The notes: a model not told the origin generated them from the letters alone. Shown: positions 27,472 to 40,669, counted from the stretch's first letter. The stretch is DNA of 64,000 nt from Felis catus (GCF_018350175.1 NC_058368.1:3224001-3288000); one strand, 5' to 3'. Program-made: numbers and translations.

Positions 27472-27939
27472 TGCAACACTTTCAGTAGTCCCCAAAGGAC
27501 ATTCTTTAGACCTTTTATAGCAGTTCCAGGAATCCTCAGGGAGTCTGAGGTCAACTCCTCTCATCAGGACTTGTTAAAGTGCCTTCCTAACCTTGTGTCC
27601 TTTAGAACTCACTCCTCTTGCGTGAAACACATCTTTCCCACAGACTTTTTCATTTCTCGGTCCACACATTGCCCCAGTTCTAATCCCACCTCTATCACTT
27701 GTTCGCTGTCTGAACAAAAGCACGTTTGCTCTTCTGGGAAATGGCAATGGTAATACCCCCTACTTCATAGAATTGTTGAAAAACTTGAATAGTGCTCAGG
27801 ATATGGCAAGTGCTGTTGAAATTTTAGCCTTTACCTTTAAGGAGACGATGGGTAACATCTAACAGAAATGGTGCGAGTAAGGAAGATGTCATCTAAACAC
27901 TCAACAAGCCAAGGTTGTTTGTTTTAATTTTTTAATTAA

Positions 27940-28320
27940 CCGTCAGGAGAGCCAAAGAATTTCTGTAGTTACGAACAATCCCCAAAGGAGAGTGGCTTAA
28001 ATAACAATGTTTGTTTCCGGCTCACCACCGAGGACCAAGCTGGGTTAGTGGTGGTTTGGAAGAAAAGAACTCTGTCCCGCCTGGTGGCCCCATAGCGTGA
28101 CGATGTTGACATCACAGCCTGAGGCTTCAGGATTGAGCATTAGTACAAGGAGCCCAATGAGATCCTTAGCGGCTCAAAAATATTGCTCTGCCCACATTTC
28201 CGTAGCCAGAGTAAGTCACGTGATTGCCCCTAACCTCAGGGGTGTTAGGAAACGTTGCTTGCCAGATGTGGGGGAGGGGAGTGGGACGAGGAGAGCGGAC
28301 ATGACTGTGACACCTAGGGA
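27940..28320 (-). mobile_element. Old MaLR LTR (MLT1-like)
   Basis: GAGTGGCTTAAATAACAATG and CTCTGCCCACATTTCCGTAGCCAGAGTAAGTCACGTGATTGCCCCTAAC are MLT1-like motifs. Confidence 0.6.
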
Positions 28321-29928
28321 TGTCTTCCATAATTATGACAGAGGCTGTCGGCCAGATATATTGGGGTCTCAGGGGATTTTCATACTCAATCGTAATCAAG
28401 CACAACTCGTGACTTCTTGAGATAACTTTTTCCAAATTGCAGTCAACTGCTTGGTCAAACATTGGTGCTTTGGTACCAGTTTTGGTACCAAAATTTGGTA
28501 CTTTGGTGCACTGGTACTTTCGTGACTTTGAGAGAGGTCATAGTGACCACCTGAATTCTTTACTCACTCTCTATTATGGTCCAATGGGGCATCGCTGAAG
28601 CTCAGGGTAAGAATCCCACTAATGGAGATGTGGGTTAATTGGAAGTTGGGAATCAGATTTCACGAATTCACAATTCACATCCACCGCATAATCATTGTGA
28701 TCCCAAGTGTTTACCTTCCTCTCCCTGGAAGAATTTCTACATGGGAGGTGGCATATGCCCGACGCACAGAAAGCTAGGAGAAGAAAATGAGCTGTCCTTT
28801 GTAAAGTGCTTAGTAAATTGTCCCCATGGGACACAATAAATGCTGCTGGTTACTACTGCCGCTACAAAGCAAGTGAAAATAGAAACGTCATCCTCTTTCG
28901 AGAAGATTTCTTTTTCATGTAAGAAATAGAAAATGGGATGATCAAATGATGCCCTGGGATTTGAAGATACTGGAAGTTTCCAAAGAGAAGTCATTTCAGA
29001 AGTAATATAGTCAGTCACCTTCTAGAAAGACCTGTGGAGAGGGGAGTAGGATTAGGAATGGGGGAGGAGTGCATTACTGCAAATGTGGGTGCGTGCATAT
29101 GCATGTATGGACGTGTGCGTATATATTTTTCCATATTAAATGAATTGAAAGGAAGAATATATTTATATTACTTATATAACAAAAATGATTTAAGTGTTAA
29201 TGATGTTAATGGCATGCTGTAGATAATGCAACAAAAAATGGAAAGGAGTTTTCAAAACACGCATCATGATACACTTTTTATTTTATAGTTGATAGAAAAC
29301 TATATAATCTCAGCCATGTTATTTGCTTAGCAATTACTTCTTAAAAGTCTTTCGAGGAACAGCATATGAGACTTAGAGAAGTTACAATAAAGAAATAAGA
29401 GAAGTTGAAAAAAACGTAAGTAGGTAATCTACTCAGGATCAGATATAATTTCGAAGCCCACTTCATATAGATGAAAATCCTGAAAACTCATTTCATGCTT
29501 CCGTAAAATTGCTTTCAATTATTTTCAAGGATTAGTAAACATTGGGGAAGGTGAACAGCCTGGTGCAACAAAGATTTAACAGGATGGCTAAAATTAGCCT
29601 TTAAAATGAATACTGCATTTTTAAATTAAGAAATTGGACAAAGTCCTACTGAGGCTTATCTGGGTTTGGCTTTGAGCCTGCGAAACTACTTATTATGGTC
29701 AACGTCTGCTACTGAAACATTTATTACAGCCGGATGGAGACAGACTTGGTCAAGGAGAAAGATGCTTCTAATTGCATTCACATACGATGTCTATGCTTTT
29801 CGCTATATTTCAATTCAAAATAGTATTTCCCGTTAGGCTAAATTTCTCATCCCTTTTCCCATCTGAAATTTTTAAAGCAAAATTTTTATGGAGGAAGTGT
29901 AGAGCTTGACTAAGCTTTAGAAAGGGAC

Positions 29929-30122
29929 ATTTTTTTTTTTAGTGTATTTATTTATTTTTGAGAGAGCACACCAGCAGGGGAGGGGCAGAGGGAGAAGAAG
30001 AGAGAAAGGATCCCAAGCAGGCTCCACTCGGTCAGTGGGGCTTGAACTCAGGAGCCGTGAGATCATGACCTGAGTTGAAATCAAGAGTCAGACACTCACC
30101 CAAATGAGCCACCCACGCGCCC
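29929..30122 (-). mobile_element. Can-SINE
   Basis: TAGAAAGGGAC on both sides. Confidence 0.93.
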
Positions 30123-30134
30123 ATAGAAAGGGAC

Positions 30135-30970
30135 CTTTTTACCTACCAACTCCCAGATCAAGAGATAGATCAAACATTACTAACACCACAAATTCTCCTA
30201 ATGCTCCAAACCCCCAAAAGTATCCACTATCATGATTTACAACATGATGGGTCCATTTTACCTGTTGTATGACCTTATAGAAAGGAATTGTGTAGTATAT
30301 AGACTCTTTTGTTTTGACATTATGTTTTGCAAGCCAGATATGGCTTGTTCGTGCTTATTCCTTGTATGTTTTATCTCATGAATATCCACAATTTATTTCC
30401 TTGCTCTAATATTCACAGGCATTGGGATTCCAGATCTGGGTTATTGTCCACAGTGCCAGGATGAATTCTTAAATACCCTTTAATGAACATCTGTATGTCT
30501 CTCCCTTCTTTGTGTTATAGAACATATTGTAGAACTGAAATTTGTGGGTTATAAGGTATGCATATGTTCAGACTTAGACGCCATCAATTTTCCAACGAGA
30601 ACTTAACAATGTACGCTCTTGCCAAGCAGAAGGTGAAGTATAATGAATTCCTGTTACTTAAATCCTTGCCAACACTTGGTACTTTCTGTCTTTTTTTCCT
30701 CTCTCATTTTAAACCATGTACGTCCTTTAGCTTGCTTTTTCTTTCTCAAAACTGCCTTGACTATCCTTTGCCTTTTCATGTCCAGCTAATTTATAATTAA
30801 TTTGAAGATTTTTCACAAAATCTGCTGAGATGCAGATTGGAACTGTAATAAATTTGTATATCAGTTTGGGGCAAATTAACACCATTGCAGTAATGAGCCT
30901 TCAAATTCGTAAATGTGCTTTATCTCTCCAGATATACTTAGGTATTGTAATTTTTTTGTTATTTATTTTT

Positions 30971-31003
<33 letters not shown>

Positions 31004-34000
31004 AGAAAGTGTGAGTGGAGGAGGGACAGAGAGAGAGGGAGACAGAATTTGAAGCAGGCTCCAGGCTCTAAGCTATCAGCACAGAGCCCAACACGGGGCT
31101 CAAACTCGCAAACCACGAGATCATAACCTGAGCTGAAGTTGGATGCTCAACCAACTGAGCCCCCGGGGTGCCCCTATTTAGGTATTTTAAAATTGCTTTT
31201 TAAACAAATGTTTATTTTTGAGAGAGGGACAGAGCATGAGTGTGGGAGGGGCAGAAAGAGAGGGAGAGAAAGAATCACAAGCAGGCTCTGTGCTCCACAC
31301 AGAGCCTGATGAGGGCCTGGATCCCACGAACCAGGAGATCATGATAGGAGCCGAAATCAAGAATCTGATGCTTAGCCAACTGAGCCACCCCAGCGCCCCT
31401 GGAATGTTCAGATTTTTAAAACTTTCTTCCAGAGCCCTTTCGATTGGTGGTGCTTTGGAAGGACTTTGTCTATTTCCTCTAAAATGCTTTTATTATCTTT
31501 TAAATATTTATAGACTCTGTAGTGGTGACTTCTTTCTTAGACCTGGTATTTTTGCTTAGTTCTTTCCCTCTTTTGTTAGCTGATAACCTTCACTATTTTG
31601 TCATTCATTTATAGAACCATTATTTGGCTGTGCTGATTTTCTCCATTATACATTTGTTTTCGACTTGATTGATTTCTTCTCTGACATGTATGACTTATTT
31701 CCTTTTACTTTCTTTGGAAATGATTTAACATTCTCTGAGTTTTTCAAATGGGAACTTAAATTATTGATTTTCTTTCTTCTTTTATACTATATTCCTTCAA
31801 GACTGTATATTTCCCTCTCAGTACTGCTTTATCTACATCCCCGTGTTTCGATATTAAGTCATTAGTGATAAATACAACTTAATTTCCAATTTGAATTGCA
31901 CCTTGACTTAGGAACCATTTGAAAGTTCCTTCCTTACTCTCTAAACAGTGGAGATATTATTTTTGCTATTTTATTATTGACTTCTGCCATGGTTAAAATA
32001 TCAGGACAGAACATACTCTGAGTTATTTCAACCTTGTGAAAATTATTAATATTTGCATCATGACTCAGTACATGATCAATTTTGGAAAACTTACAAGTCC
32101 TGTTGAAAAGAAATTTCATTCCACATTGTTAGTTATCTTGTTCTATATATCACATTAGATCAAATTTGTTAATGTTATCTAGTCTTTTTTGTCTTATTGT
32201 TACCTATCGAGAGAAGTGTGTGAAACTCTCCCAGGAGGAATGTTGTTTTGCCTATTTCCTTCCATTTCCATCTCTCCTTACTCCATACTTATTTATTTTG
32301 TGTTTTATTTAATTTACATCACTTAGTATTTATTTGTGTTATTTATATTTTATATATTTAAAATATTGGTGCATGGATATACATATATCACAATATTTTA
32401 CTGTTTATCATAACAAAATATCCCTCTTTACCTGTATTTATGCTCTCTTGATATTTTTTATTTAGAACCTACTTTGCCTGATGATATATTGGTGCATGAG
32501 CTTCCCTTTAGTTGATGGTTATGCAGTACATCCTTTTCCACTCTTTTACTTTTTAAAAATTTTTTTAACGTTTATTCATTTTTTGAGAGACAGAGCGTGA
32601 GTGAGAGAGGGGGCAGAGAGAGGGAGACACAGAATCCAAAGCAGGTTCCAGGCTCTGAGCTGTCAGCACAGACTCCGATGGGGGGCTCGAACTCACAGAC
32701 TGCAAGATCATGACCTGAGCTGACGTTGGATGCTTAACCGACTGAGCCATCCAGGCGCCCCCCGCCACTCCTTTACTTTAAAATTGTTGTGTGCTTCTTT
32801 CATGGTGATTCTTCTATAAGCAATATAGAAGTTAGCTTTTGCTTTTCTTATCTGTTCTAAGAATCTTAGACTTTTAATTGGCAGATTTTGTCCATTCATA
32901 TTTAGTCCAATTGCTGATATATTTAGGTTCATATGTGTCATTTTACTTTCTATTTTTCTATTTGACCCCTCTGTATTTTCACTGTTATTCCTATTTTTTC
33001 TCCTTTAAAACATTTTTTCTTTGTGTGAATCAACTGCGTATTTCTAAATATCCCTTTTCCCTCTAATTTTTAAAAATTTTCTTTAATTATTCTCTAGGAT
33101 AACTATTTTCTCAGACTTGAGATTACAAGATATATCTTTGACTTTTTACCAGCTGATAGAATATAGCACCTTTACCTTCTTCTGACCTTTTGCATTATTA
33201 TTTTGCATTTTGACTTATTTGAAACAACAAAAGACATTATTATTTTGTTATTGTTTTCAGGGGGTAAATGTTTCTATTTACCCACAATTTACTCTCTCCG
33301 TTATTCCTTACTAGTTTTTTCATTTCCATGTTTCCATTCAGGGCGATTTTTCTTCCTCCTGAAAAACTCAATTCAGCCTTTGGTTCAGGTCTTGTCTCTC
33401 CATTTTAGTTTCTCTGAAAATGTCTTTATTTTGTCTCCGCTTTGGAAAGAAATTTTTATCGGATATGGAATTCTAGATTAGAAGTTACTTTATTTTGGGG
33501 CACCTGGGTGGCTCAGTCAGTGAAGCATCTGAGTCTTGATTTCAGCTCAAGTCATGATCCCAGGGTCATGGGATCGAGCCCTGCATCGGGTTCTGCACTG
33601 GGCACAGAGCCTGCTTAAGATTCTCTCTCTCATCCTCTGCCCCACCCCTGCCACTTGCCTTCTCTCTCTAAGAGAAAAAATAATTTTAAAAAAGAAGTTA
33701 TTTTATTTCAGCACTGAAAGTTACCGCCAGTTTTCAAATGCTGAAAGAGAAGTCGGTCTTCTTGTAGTTTTGTTGTTTGCTTCTTTGGGGAAACTGCATC
33801 TTTTTATTCTGGCTACTTTAAAACTTTTTCTACTCTGTCTCCTTTGGTTTTCAGTACTTTTACTGAGATCTGCCTTCGTGTGCCTTCCTTGTATTTATTC
33901 TGTTTATGTCCCCTCCACTTCTTGAATCTATAAGTTGATGTCATTAATGGCTTTGGGAACATTCTTAGTATTTATCCCTACATATACCATTTTTTGTCTT

Positions 34001-35210
34001 ATCCCCTCCTTTTTCTCTTTCTGGAACTGCAGTGACACATACATTGGTACATTTCATTGTATCGCTTACACATTTTTTTTTCTTTTCCTAGGATTCAGCT
34101 TGGGTATTTTCTATAAATCTGCTTCACAGATCCTCTCTCCTCTCGTTATGTGAAACTATTAACTTATTAATTTCAGTTGTCTTTTTCATTTTTAGAATTT
34201 CTACTCAATTCTTATTATAGATACCCATATTCTATTAAAATTTTACAACCTTTAATACACGCCCCCATCTTTCTCCTTTTTTCTTTATCACAGTCACCAG
34301 AAATATTTTAAACTCTGTGTCTCCAGCTCCAACATCTGCATCATTAGACCTATTCCTTTTGTTTAAGTTTTCTTACATTAGGTCATATGGCTCCCTTTCT
34401 CAGATTTTCTAAAAGTTTTTCCTTGAATGTCAAATAATGTGTTTAAAACGTTTAGAGTCCCCTGATGATTTTTTTTTTCCTTCAGAGAACATTCACTCTT
34501 TCCTCTGCAAGATAGTTTGAGTAGGGGGTGATCATTTTCATTTAATTCACTTAGAGATTGAACTGACTCCCAAGTGGTCTAAAGACTTATAAGGCTTCTT
34601 CTACTTCTGACTTGATCTTGTTCCTGGGCAGACCTTTTTAGGGGCTTCCAACTCAGAGCCTGGTGAATTTATGAGACCCCCGTTCTCTTGCTGAGATCTC
34701 CACTGTAAGTCTTAGATCTGCACAACGGAGATCTCTGTTCTGCTTCTCGGAAGTTCTTTGCTTAGCTTTTTAACCCTGATGCTTCAGAATCCCTCAAATG
34801 TCTTTGGCGTGGGGGACACCGTGGTGGGCTCATTCTTGATAGTCTTTGTCACTGACATACTGGCCCCTCGAGTCTCCAGATTTGTCTCTCCAGCTTCATT
34901 GGACCACCCAAAACTCTGCTGGATCCTCTGTGCTCAGGGGCAGTCCTCTGCCAGGGAAAATCCTGCATTTCACCTCTTTCCCTTTACCTGGAGTAGGCAA
35001 ATGTCTCCAGAATAAAACTGCACAAACATCACCGGGCTAGCCTTGTTGTGTCACCTTCTCTGGGGTCCTAATCCCTTCAACCATGTTTGAATTAGTCCCA
35101 CTTCCATGGTTGTGAACAGATTTATTCATGTTTATTTTATCCAATTCTCAAAATTTTGCTTTTCGTGTAAAGATCACAGGTCTTCCCTTAAGCGACTCTA
35201 TGTCAGAGGC
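30135..35210 (-). mobile_element. Ancient, heavily deleted L1 (L1ME-like) carrying four Can-SINEs (about 30951-31173 -, 31205-31399 -, 32556-32761 -, 33497-33693 +)
   Basis: T-rich antisense L1 phrases in colinear order (CCTTGCCAACACTTGGTA; CAGAACATACTCTGAGTTATTTCAACCTTGTGAAAATTATT; TCTGAAAATGTCTTTATTTTG...GGATATGGAATTCTAGATT). Confidence 0.75.
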
Positions 35211-35723
35211 TGGAATGCTTCCTAAGCCCCACCATATGATTTTATTATTTAACATAGACATCTGTTATAAAACTTTTGTTCTTCTTGGGGTAAAGCTTGT
35301 TCGTTTCAAGAAGGCATGTCTGTCGGTTTAGCAACAAATTTTCCTTTATAATTCAACCTACATAAATAATCTGCAGACAAACACTTCTCTTCCTGAATAA
35401 CTAAGAATGAATTAAAAAATATACAAAGGGCAGGCATAAATTAACAATACTTGGTAAAATTAATGTTTAAATGCTGTTGATGGAGATTTCAAAACTAAAG
35501 AATAGTTTCTATAGTGGATCTGGTAATTTTCACAATAATAACATGCATAGGTTCCAGAAGCTTAGCTGGAAGAAATGAAAAAATAATGATTCTTGATTAG
35601 ATTCCTAAAATGTCTTTAGAAATTTGGTTGTCCATATTGGTTAAGGTTGGAAAAATAGGTTGTGACCAGCGAATAAAAAGGAACCTATAGGTATGAAATA
35701 AAATCAACACAGCATCTTGATTC

Positions 35724-36473
35724 TGTGATATTCTGATCTGTTATACGAAATATATATTTTAGTGTTCATCTTGGCCCTTGGAACAGAGATCCTTGAAATT
35801 TCCTTTAATGAGAGTGATAAAGGTAGCTTTTGCTATGTTAATGAGGTGGCTTCTGGAAAGCACCTACAGTGGGAGGCTGGTTGCCCATGGAGCCAACCCT
35901 GCCATTAAAAGGCAATTTTCAGACCCACCCTCCACCTCCGACTTTGAAGAAGGGGAGAGGGGCTAGAGATCGAGCTCAGCCGCCGATGACCAGTGATCTA
36001 CACAAACATGCTTACCTAATGAAACCTCCCTAAAAGCCCGAATGGAAAGGGTCTGTAGAGCTTCCGGGTTGGTGAACATGCGGAGACGTGGGGAGAGAAG
36101 GGTCCAGAAAGGGCATGCATCTCTTCTACCTAGATGTTCCCGAGTTATATCCTCTTGTCATGAACTGGTGATCTAGGAAGTAAAATGCTTCCCTGATTTC
36201 TGTGAGCTATCTAGCAATGAATTGAATCTAAGGAGGGGGTTGGGGGAACTTAGACCTACAACAAATCAGTCAGAAGCACAGGGGACAACCTGGACCTGTG
36301 ATTGGTGCCTGAAAGTGAGGGGACAGACTTGCAAGACTGAGCCTTTGACCTGTGGGATCTGATCCTGTCTCCAGTGGACGGTGGCAGAATTGAGTTGAAT
36401 TATAGGACACGCGTCTGGTGTCTGAGAATTGTTTGATGCCGGGGACCACCCACGCATTACAATTGGAGTCACA
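35724..36473 (+). mobile_element. Solo LTR, MER21C-like
   Basis: Starts TGTGATATT and ends CA; internal GGCTGGTTGCCCATGGAGCCAACC, GAGCTTCCGGGTTGGTGAACA, GACTGAGCCTTTGACCTGTGGGATCTGA, AGAATTGAGTTGAATTATAGGACAC. Confidence 0.85.
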
Positions 36474-36504
36474 ATCTTAGGTTCCAGTTTAAGCACTGAA
36501 ATGA

Positions 36505-37340
36505 ACAACATAGTATTGCATTATAACTAAAAAGTGTAAAATAAATACCCATGAGTCCAAAAATCACATAAATAAATGACTGAATAAATACATGGGAGAA
36601 GGTAGACAAAAATTCTGTGTAGAATGCCAGACCCTTATGCAGATCCTGTCCACTCAGGAGGAGAAATATAACCCCCATCTGTCAAGTGTGGACTTCAGAG
36701 AGTGATCTTTTTCCCAAGGGTAATGGGTACAGTATGGAAATGGAAAAAACAAAAACAAAAACAAAAACAAAGAGTAACCCTACAGTAGAAAGAAACCTGA
36801 CAAACATCACCTCAGCCAGGTGATCAAGGTCAGCACCTTGATCAAGGTCAACTATAGTAGTAAGTCATACTTGTTCTGATGTGGTGGGAAGGGCGCTTCA
36901 CCTCTGTGGTTTTCCTCCCCAAAACACGCGACCCTAGTCTAGTTGTAAGAAAACTATCAGATGCGCCCCAGGAGAGGGACAGTCTACAAGATGCCTGACC
37001 TAGAGTCCCCTAAACCATCAAGGACATGAAACGTCCGAGAAAATTGTCATAGTTGAGAGGAGCCTCCAGAGACATGATAACTCAACATTAATGTAGAAAC
37101 CTGGATGGGATTTTGGAACAGAAAAAAGACATTAAGAAAAACTAAGGAAATCTGAATGGAGTATGACTTTAGTTAATCAACACGTGTGAATACTGTTTCA
37201 TCACTTGTGCCAAGCATATCACAGTCACGTGTAACGTCAGCCGTGGGGGAAACTGTGCGCGAGGTACCAAAGAACCCTCCGTGCTATCTTTGCACCTTTT
37301 TTGTGAACCGAAACTAAGATGAAAAGTGTATTTAAAAAAA
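36505..37340 (+). mobile_element. L1MD-like 3' UTR
   Basis: GAAACCTGACAAACATCACCTCAGCCAGGTGATCAAGGTCA; CCTGGATGGGATTTTGGAACAGAAAAAAGACATTA. Confidence 0.85.
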
Positions 37341-37353
37341 TAGTCCAACTTCT

Positions 37354-37552
37354 GGGGTCCCTGGGTGGCTCAGTCCGTTAAACACCGACTTCGGCTCAGG
37401 TCACGATCTCGTGGTTCGTGAGTTCGAGCCCCATGACGGGCTCTGCGCTGACAGCTCGGAGCCCGGAGCCTGCTTGGGATTCTGTGTCGGCCTCTCAACC
37501 TCTCCCGCTCTCTCTCTCTCTCAAGAATAAATAAACATTAAATTAAAAAAAA
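37354..37552 (+). mobile_element. Can-SINE
   Basis: AAAAAAATAGT(C/T)CAACTTCT on both sides. Confidence 0.95.
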
Positions 37553-38327
37553 TAGTTCAACTTCTCATACCTTTTGAAAGAGGAAGTTCGAAGACAATAT
37601 AGTGACATATCATGCCTGTGTTTCCTGTTCCTAATACACCAAGCCTGGCATAAAGGATCACATAGCTAGTTGCCAGGCTTCCAGTGAGCTTTTCATTGCA
37701 CATTGACTTAATATTTTGCTGCTCATAGGCCAATATGAATCGGTGATATGCACCTAAACTGTACCAGATTAATTAATTAATTGAACTGTACAGAATTAAT
37801 TATATTTGCAATAAAATTTCATTAGCGTGAAATTTCACCCCCCAAATATGCTTCACGTACTTTAATGACAGTGTATGAATAATAGTATCAATAATAATTT
37901 GATAACAATGATAATACTCAGGTTGAGGGAAAATTTACTGAAATATGCTAAGAATACAAACACTTTTCATTCAGTCCTAACTACACGGAATCCCTTCATA
38001 GTATAGCTTTTGATAAATAGAATGCACCAGTATATGTTTTGCAAAATCGTCTGTTTTGTCTTTGCAAGTGTAAAGATTTACTTCAATAGTAAAATCTAAG
38101 TATTGGCATGGTTTTGCATCTGTTAGGTAGGACAACGTTGCTGTTAATGAATCACGCTTCTGACAGTTTTGTAACTCTGGAAATTTCCACACCGGCGTTC
38201 TTAGCCTAATCATTTATTTTCATGATCTCGAGGTTATTTCCTTGGCCAGTTAACTTTTATTCATTTTTTTTTGTAATTTTAAAAGAACTCATTTCATGGG
38301 AGTCCATAAAACTATTCAAATTGAAAA

Positions 38328-38540
38328 TTTTTTAATGTTTATTTATTTTTGAGAGAGAGACAGACAGAGCATGAGGGGGGAGGGGCAGAGAGAGAGGGAG
38401 ACCCCGAATCCAAAGCAGGTTCCAGGCTCTGAGCTGTCAGCACAGGGCCCAACACTGGGCTCAAACTCATGAGCCCTGAGATCATGACCCGAGCTGAAGT
38501 CTGACACTTAACCCACGGGGCCACTTAACCCACCTGCCCC
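38328..38540 (-). mobile_element. Can-SINE
   Basis: CTATTCAAATT on both sides. Confidence 0.93.
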
Positions 38541-39299
38541 TATCTATTCAAATTCAAATTTAAAGCGAATGTTTTACGTTAAAAAACAAGGGCGATATTA
38601 GTAATTTTCACCTCATGTGCAAACTGCGCAGGCCAAGCCGAGCTAATCCAGGGTTTCCTTTGCTGTGTCAGCAGTCGTGTTTCTCTAGACTCCGCTGTCA
38701 TTCCGCCTCCTTCCCGTTTAACCTTAGGGTGTCATCAAATTACATTTCTGCGCGGTGTGAATAAGCCAATTTATCAAAATCCAGTCATGGGGAAAACCAG
38801 CTCACCTCCTTCAATGTCGTCATTAATTTAAACCTCTCCAGATAATATCTTTATGGCCAGGCCACATCCCTCCATCTTTTGTGAGCCACTTACAGAATGA
38901 TTTACTAAAGGACCTTGGGGCAGTGTGGGTTTTTGGTCCTCCAGAAAAAGAATCCTAAAAAAGATTCATTCCCCTGAGAGCCCTAGACACCAAGATGTTG
39001 ACATGTGAGGCCTCCAAGCAGTGTAATTTAATACAAGGGGGAGACGCCCAGTGCTGGGTTCTGACCATCAATAGTTCTGGAAAAAAAAAAAAAATACAGC
39101 CTTTAAGAGAACAGCTTCCTTGCTTAGTTTAGATAATCAAATAAAAAGAGTGGGGTGAGCATGGAGGCGTCTCTAGCATCTTCCCTCAGAAATAGAAATA
39201 ACCCAGATTCAAAATAACTTGCAGGCTCATCAGTCAATCAAATAGGGCACTACTGGAAGAAAGATCTAAGTATCTCAGTCACAACAAAGACAACTATTT

Positions 39300-39945
39300 T
39301 CAGGGAGGGCGCTGCAGACAAAAACTGTGTGCAGCTGCAACCCAGCCCCTGGGGCCGGCTGCACCCTGGGGGGCTGGGCAGAGGACAGAAGGCCCCGGCC
39401 AAACACACCCTGCAGCCCGGCTCTCGCGGGTGAGAAAGCAAGGCGACGCGGGCCAGTTTTAGGCACCGCAGTTGTGCACGGAGTCTCAGGGCACCGCGGT
39501 GGCACAACTGGACCCTCGAGTACGCGCCTCTTCGGGTCAGTGGCCCGGGAGCATACGCAATCGGTTTTGCTCCAAAGCCCCACATTTTGCCTGCCGGAAA
39601 TAGGAAATCGAGCCACGGTAAGTGGTGGGCCCAGAAGAAGAGGAAAAGGATCCGGGCGAAGGTCTCAGAACACAAGCCGTGAAGCTGCCTGCCGGAATGG
39701 GGAACATCCACCGAGGTCTCACCTCCCCGGGCTGCGTGAGAACATTTTCAGTGCCTCTCGATGGGGGGGGGGGGGGGGGGTGGCGAGGCCATGCCGGCTG
39801 GGACGGGGCACGGGATGCAATCTGGAGGAAAAGGGTGAGCTTGGCGATGTGTCAGGGGGCCTCCGGGCACAGCCCTTAAGGGCCCGGAAGTCACCATGCC
39901 CTGCTCCTGGATACAGTGCAAGGCTCTGCTTCAGCCGGTGGTTGA
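39300..39945. promoter_or_regulatory. GC/CpG-rich promoter-like island
   Basis: Sharp rise in GC and CpG in non-repeat DNA; ETS motif CCGGAAGT at 39884-39891; TGCCTGCCGGAA twice (39588, 39686); G18 run at 39763-39780; donor ACG|GTAAGT at 39617/39618. Confidence 0.65.
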
Positions 39946-40034
39946 GCTGCATTAGTTAAGGGAATTTTAAAAATGGGGAAAACAACAGATTCCATCGCAC
40001 TTTAAAGTAAAATCAGTAAAACCATTTTGCCATC

Positions 40035-40669
40035 TGAGCGAGTGTGTGAGCGGGGAAGAGGGGCAGAGGGAGAGAGAGAATCTTTTTTTTTTATTTTAAA
40101 GTTTATCTATTATTTGTTTTTATTTTTTTAACATTTTATTTTATTTTTTAAGAGAGAGAGAGCAGGGGAGGGGCAGAGAGAGAGGGAGACACAGAATCGG
40201 AAGCAGGCTCCAGGCTCTGAGCTGTCAGCACAGAGCCCCACGCGGGGCTTGAACCAGTGAGCCGCGAGATCATGACCTGAGCTGAAGTCGGACGCTCAAC
40301 TGACTGAGCCACCCATGTGCCCCTATTTATTTATTTTGAGAGAGATAGAGATAGAGCACGAGTGGGGAGGGGCAGAGACAGAGGGAGACATAGGATCCCA
40401 AGCAGGCTCCGTGGTGTCATCACAGAGCCCAATGTGGGGCTCGAACTCACGAACCATGAGATCATGACCTGAGCCGAAACCAAGAGTCAGATGTTTAACC
40501 GACTGAGCCACCCAGGTGCCCCTGGAAAGAGAGAGACTCTTAAGAAGGCTCCACACTCAGTGTAGAATCCGACACGGGGCTCAATCCCATGGTCCTACAA
40601 TCCTGGAGTCATGAACTGAGCCAAAATCAAGAGTTGGACCCTCAACTGACTGAGCCACCCAGGTGCCCC
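40035..40669 (-). mobile_element. Nested Can-SINE cluster: an older SINE split by two further SINEs
   Basis: Outer SINE at about 40035-40082 and 40525-40669 with GAGAGAGA(A/C)TCTT at both junctions; inner SINEs at about 40085-40323 and 40325-40523. Confidence 0.9.

Noticed and set aside
39327..39959. 210-aa plus-strand ORF and overlapping minus-strand ORFs
   Set aside because: Non-ATG start, G/R/P/A-rich, no recognisable domain; long stop-free frames are expected in GC-rich DNA.
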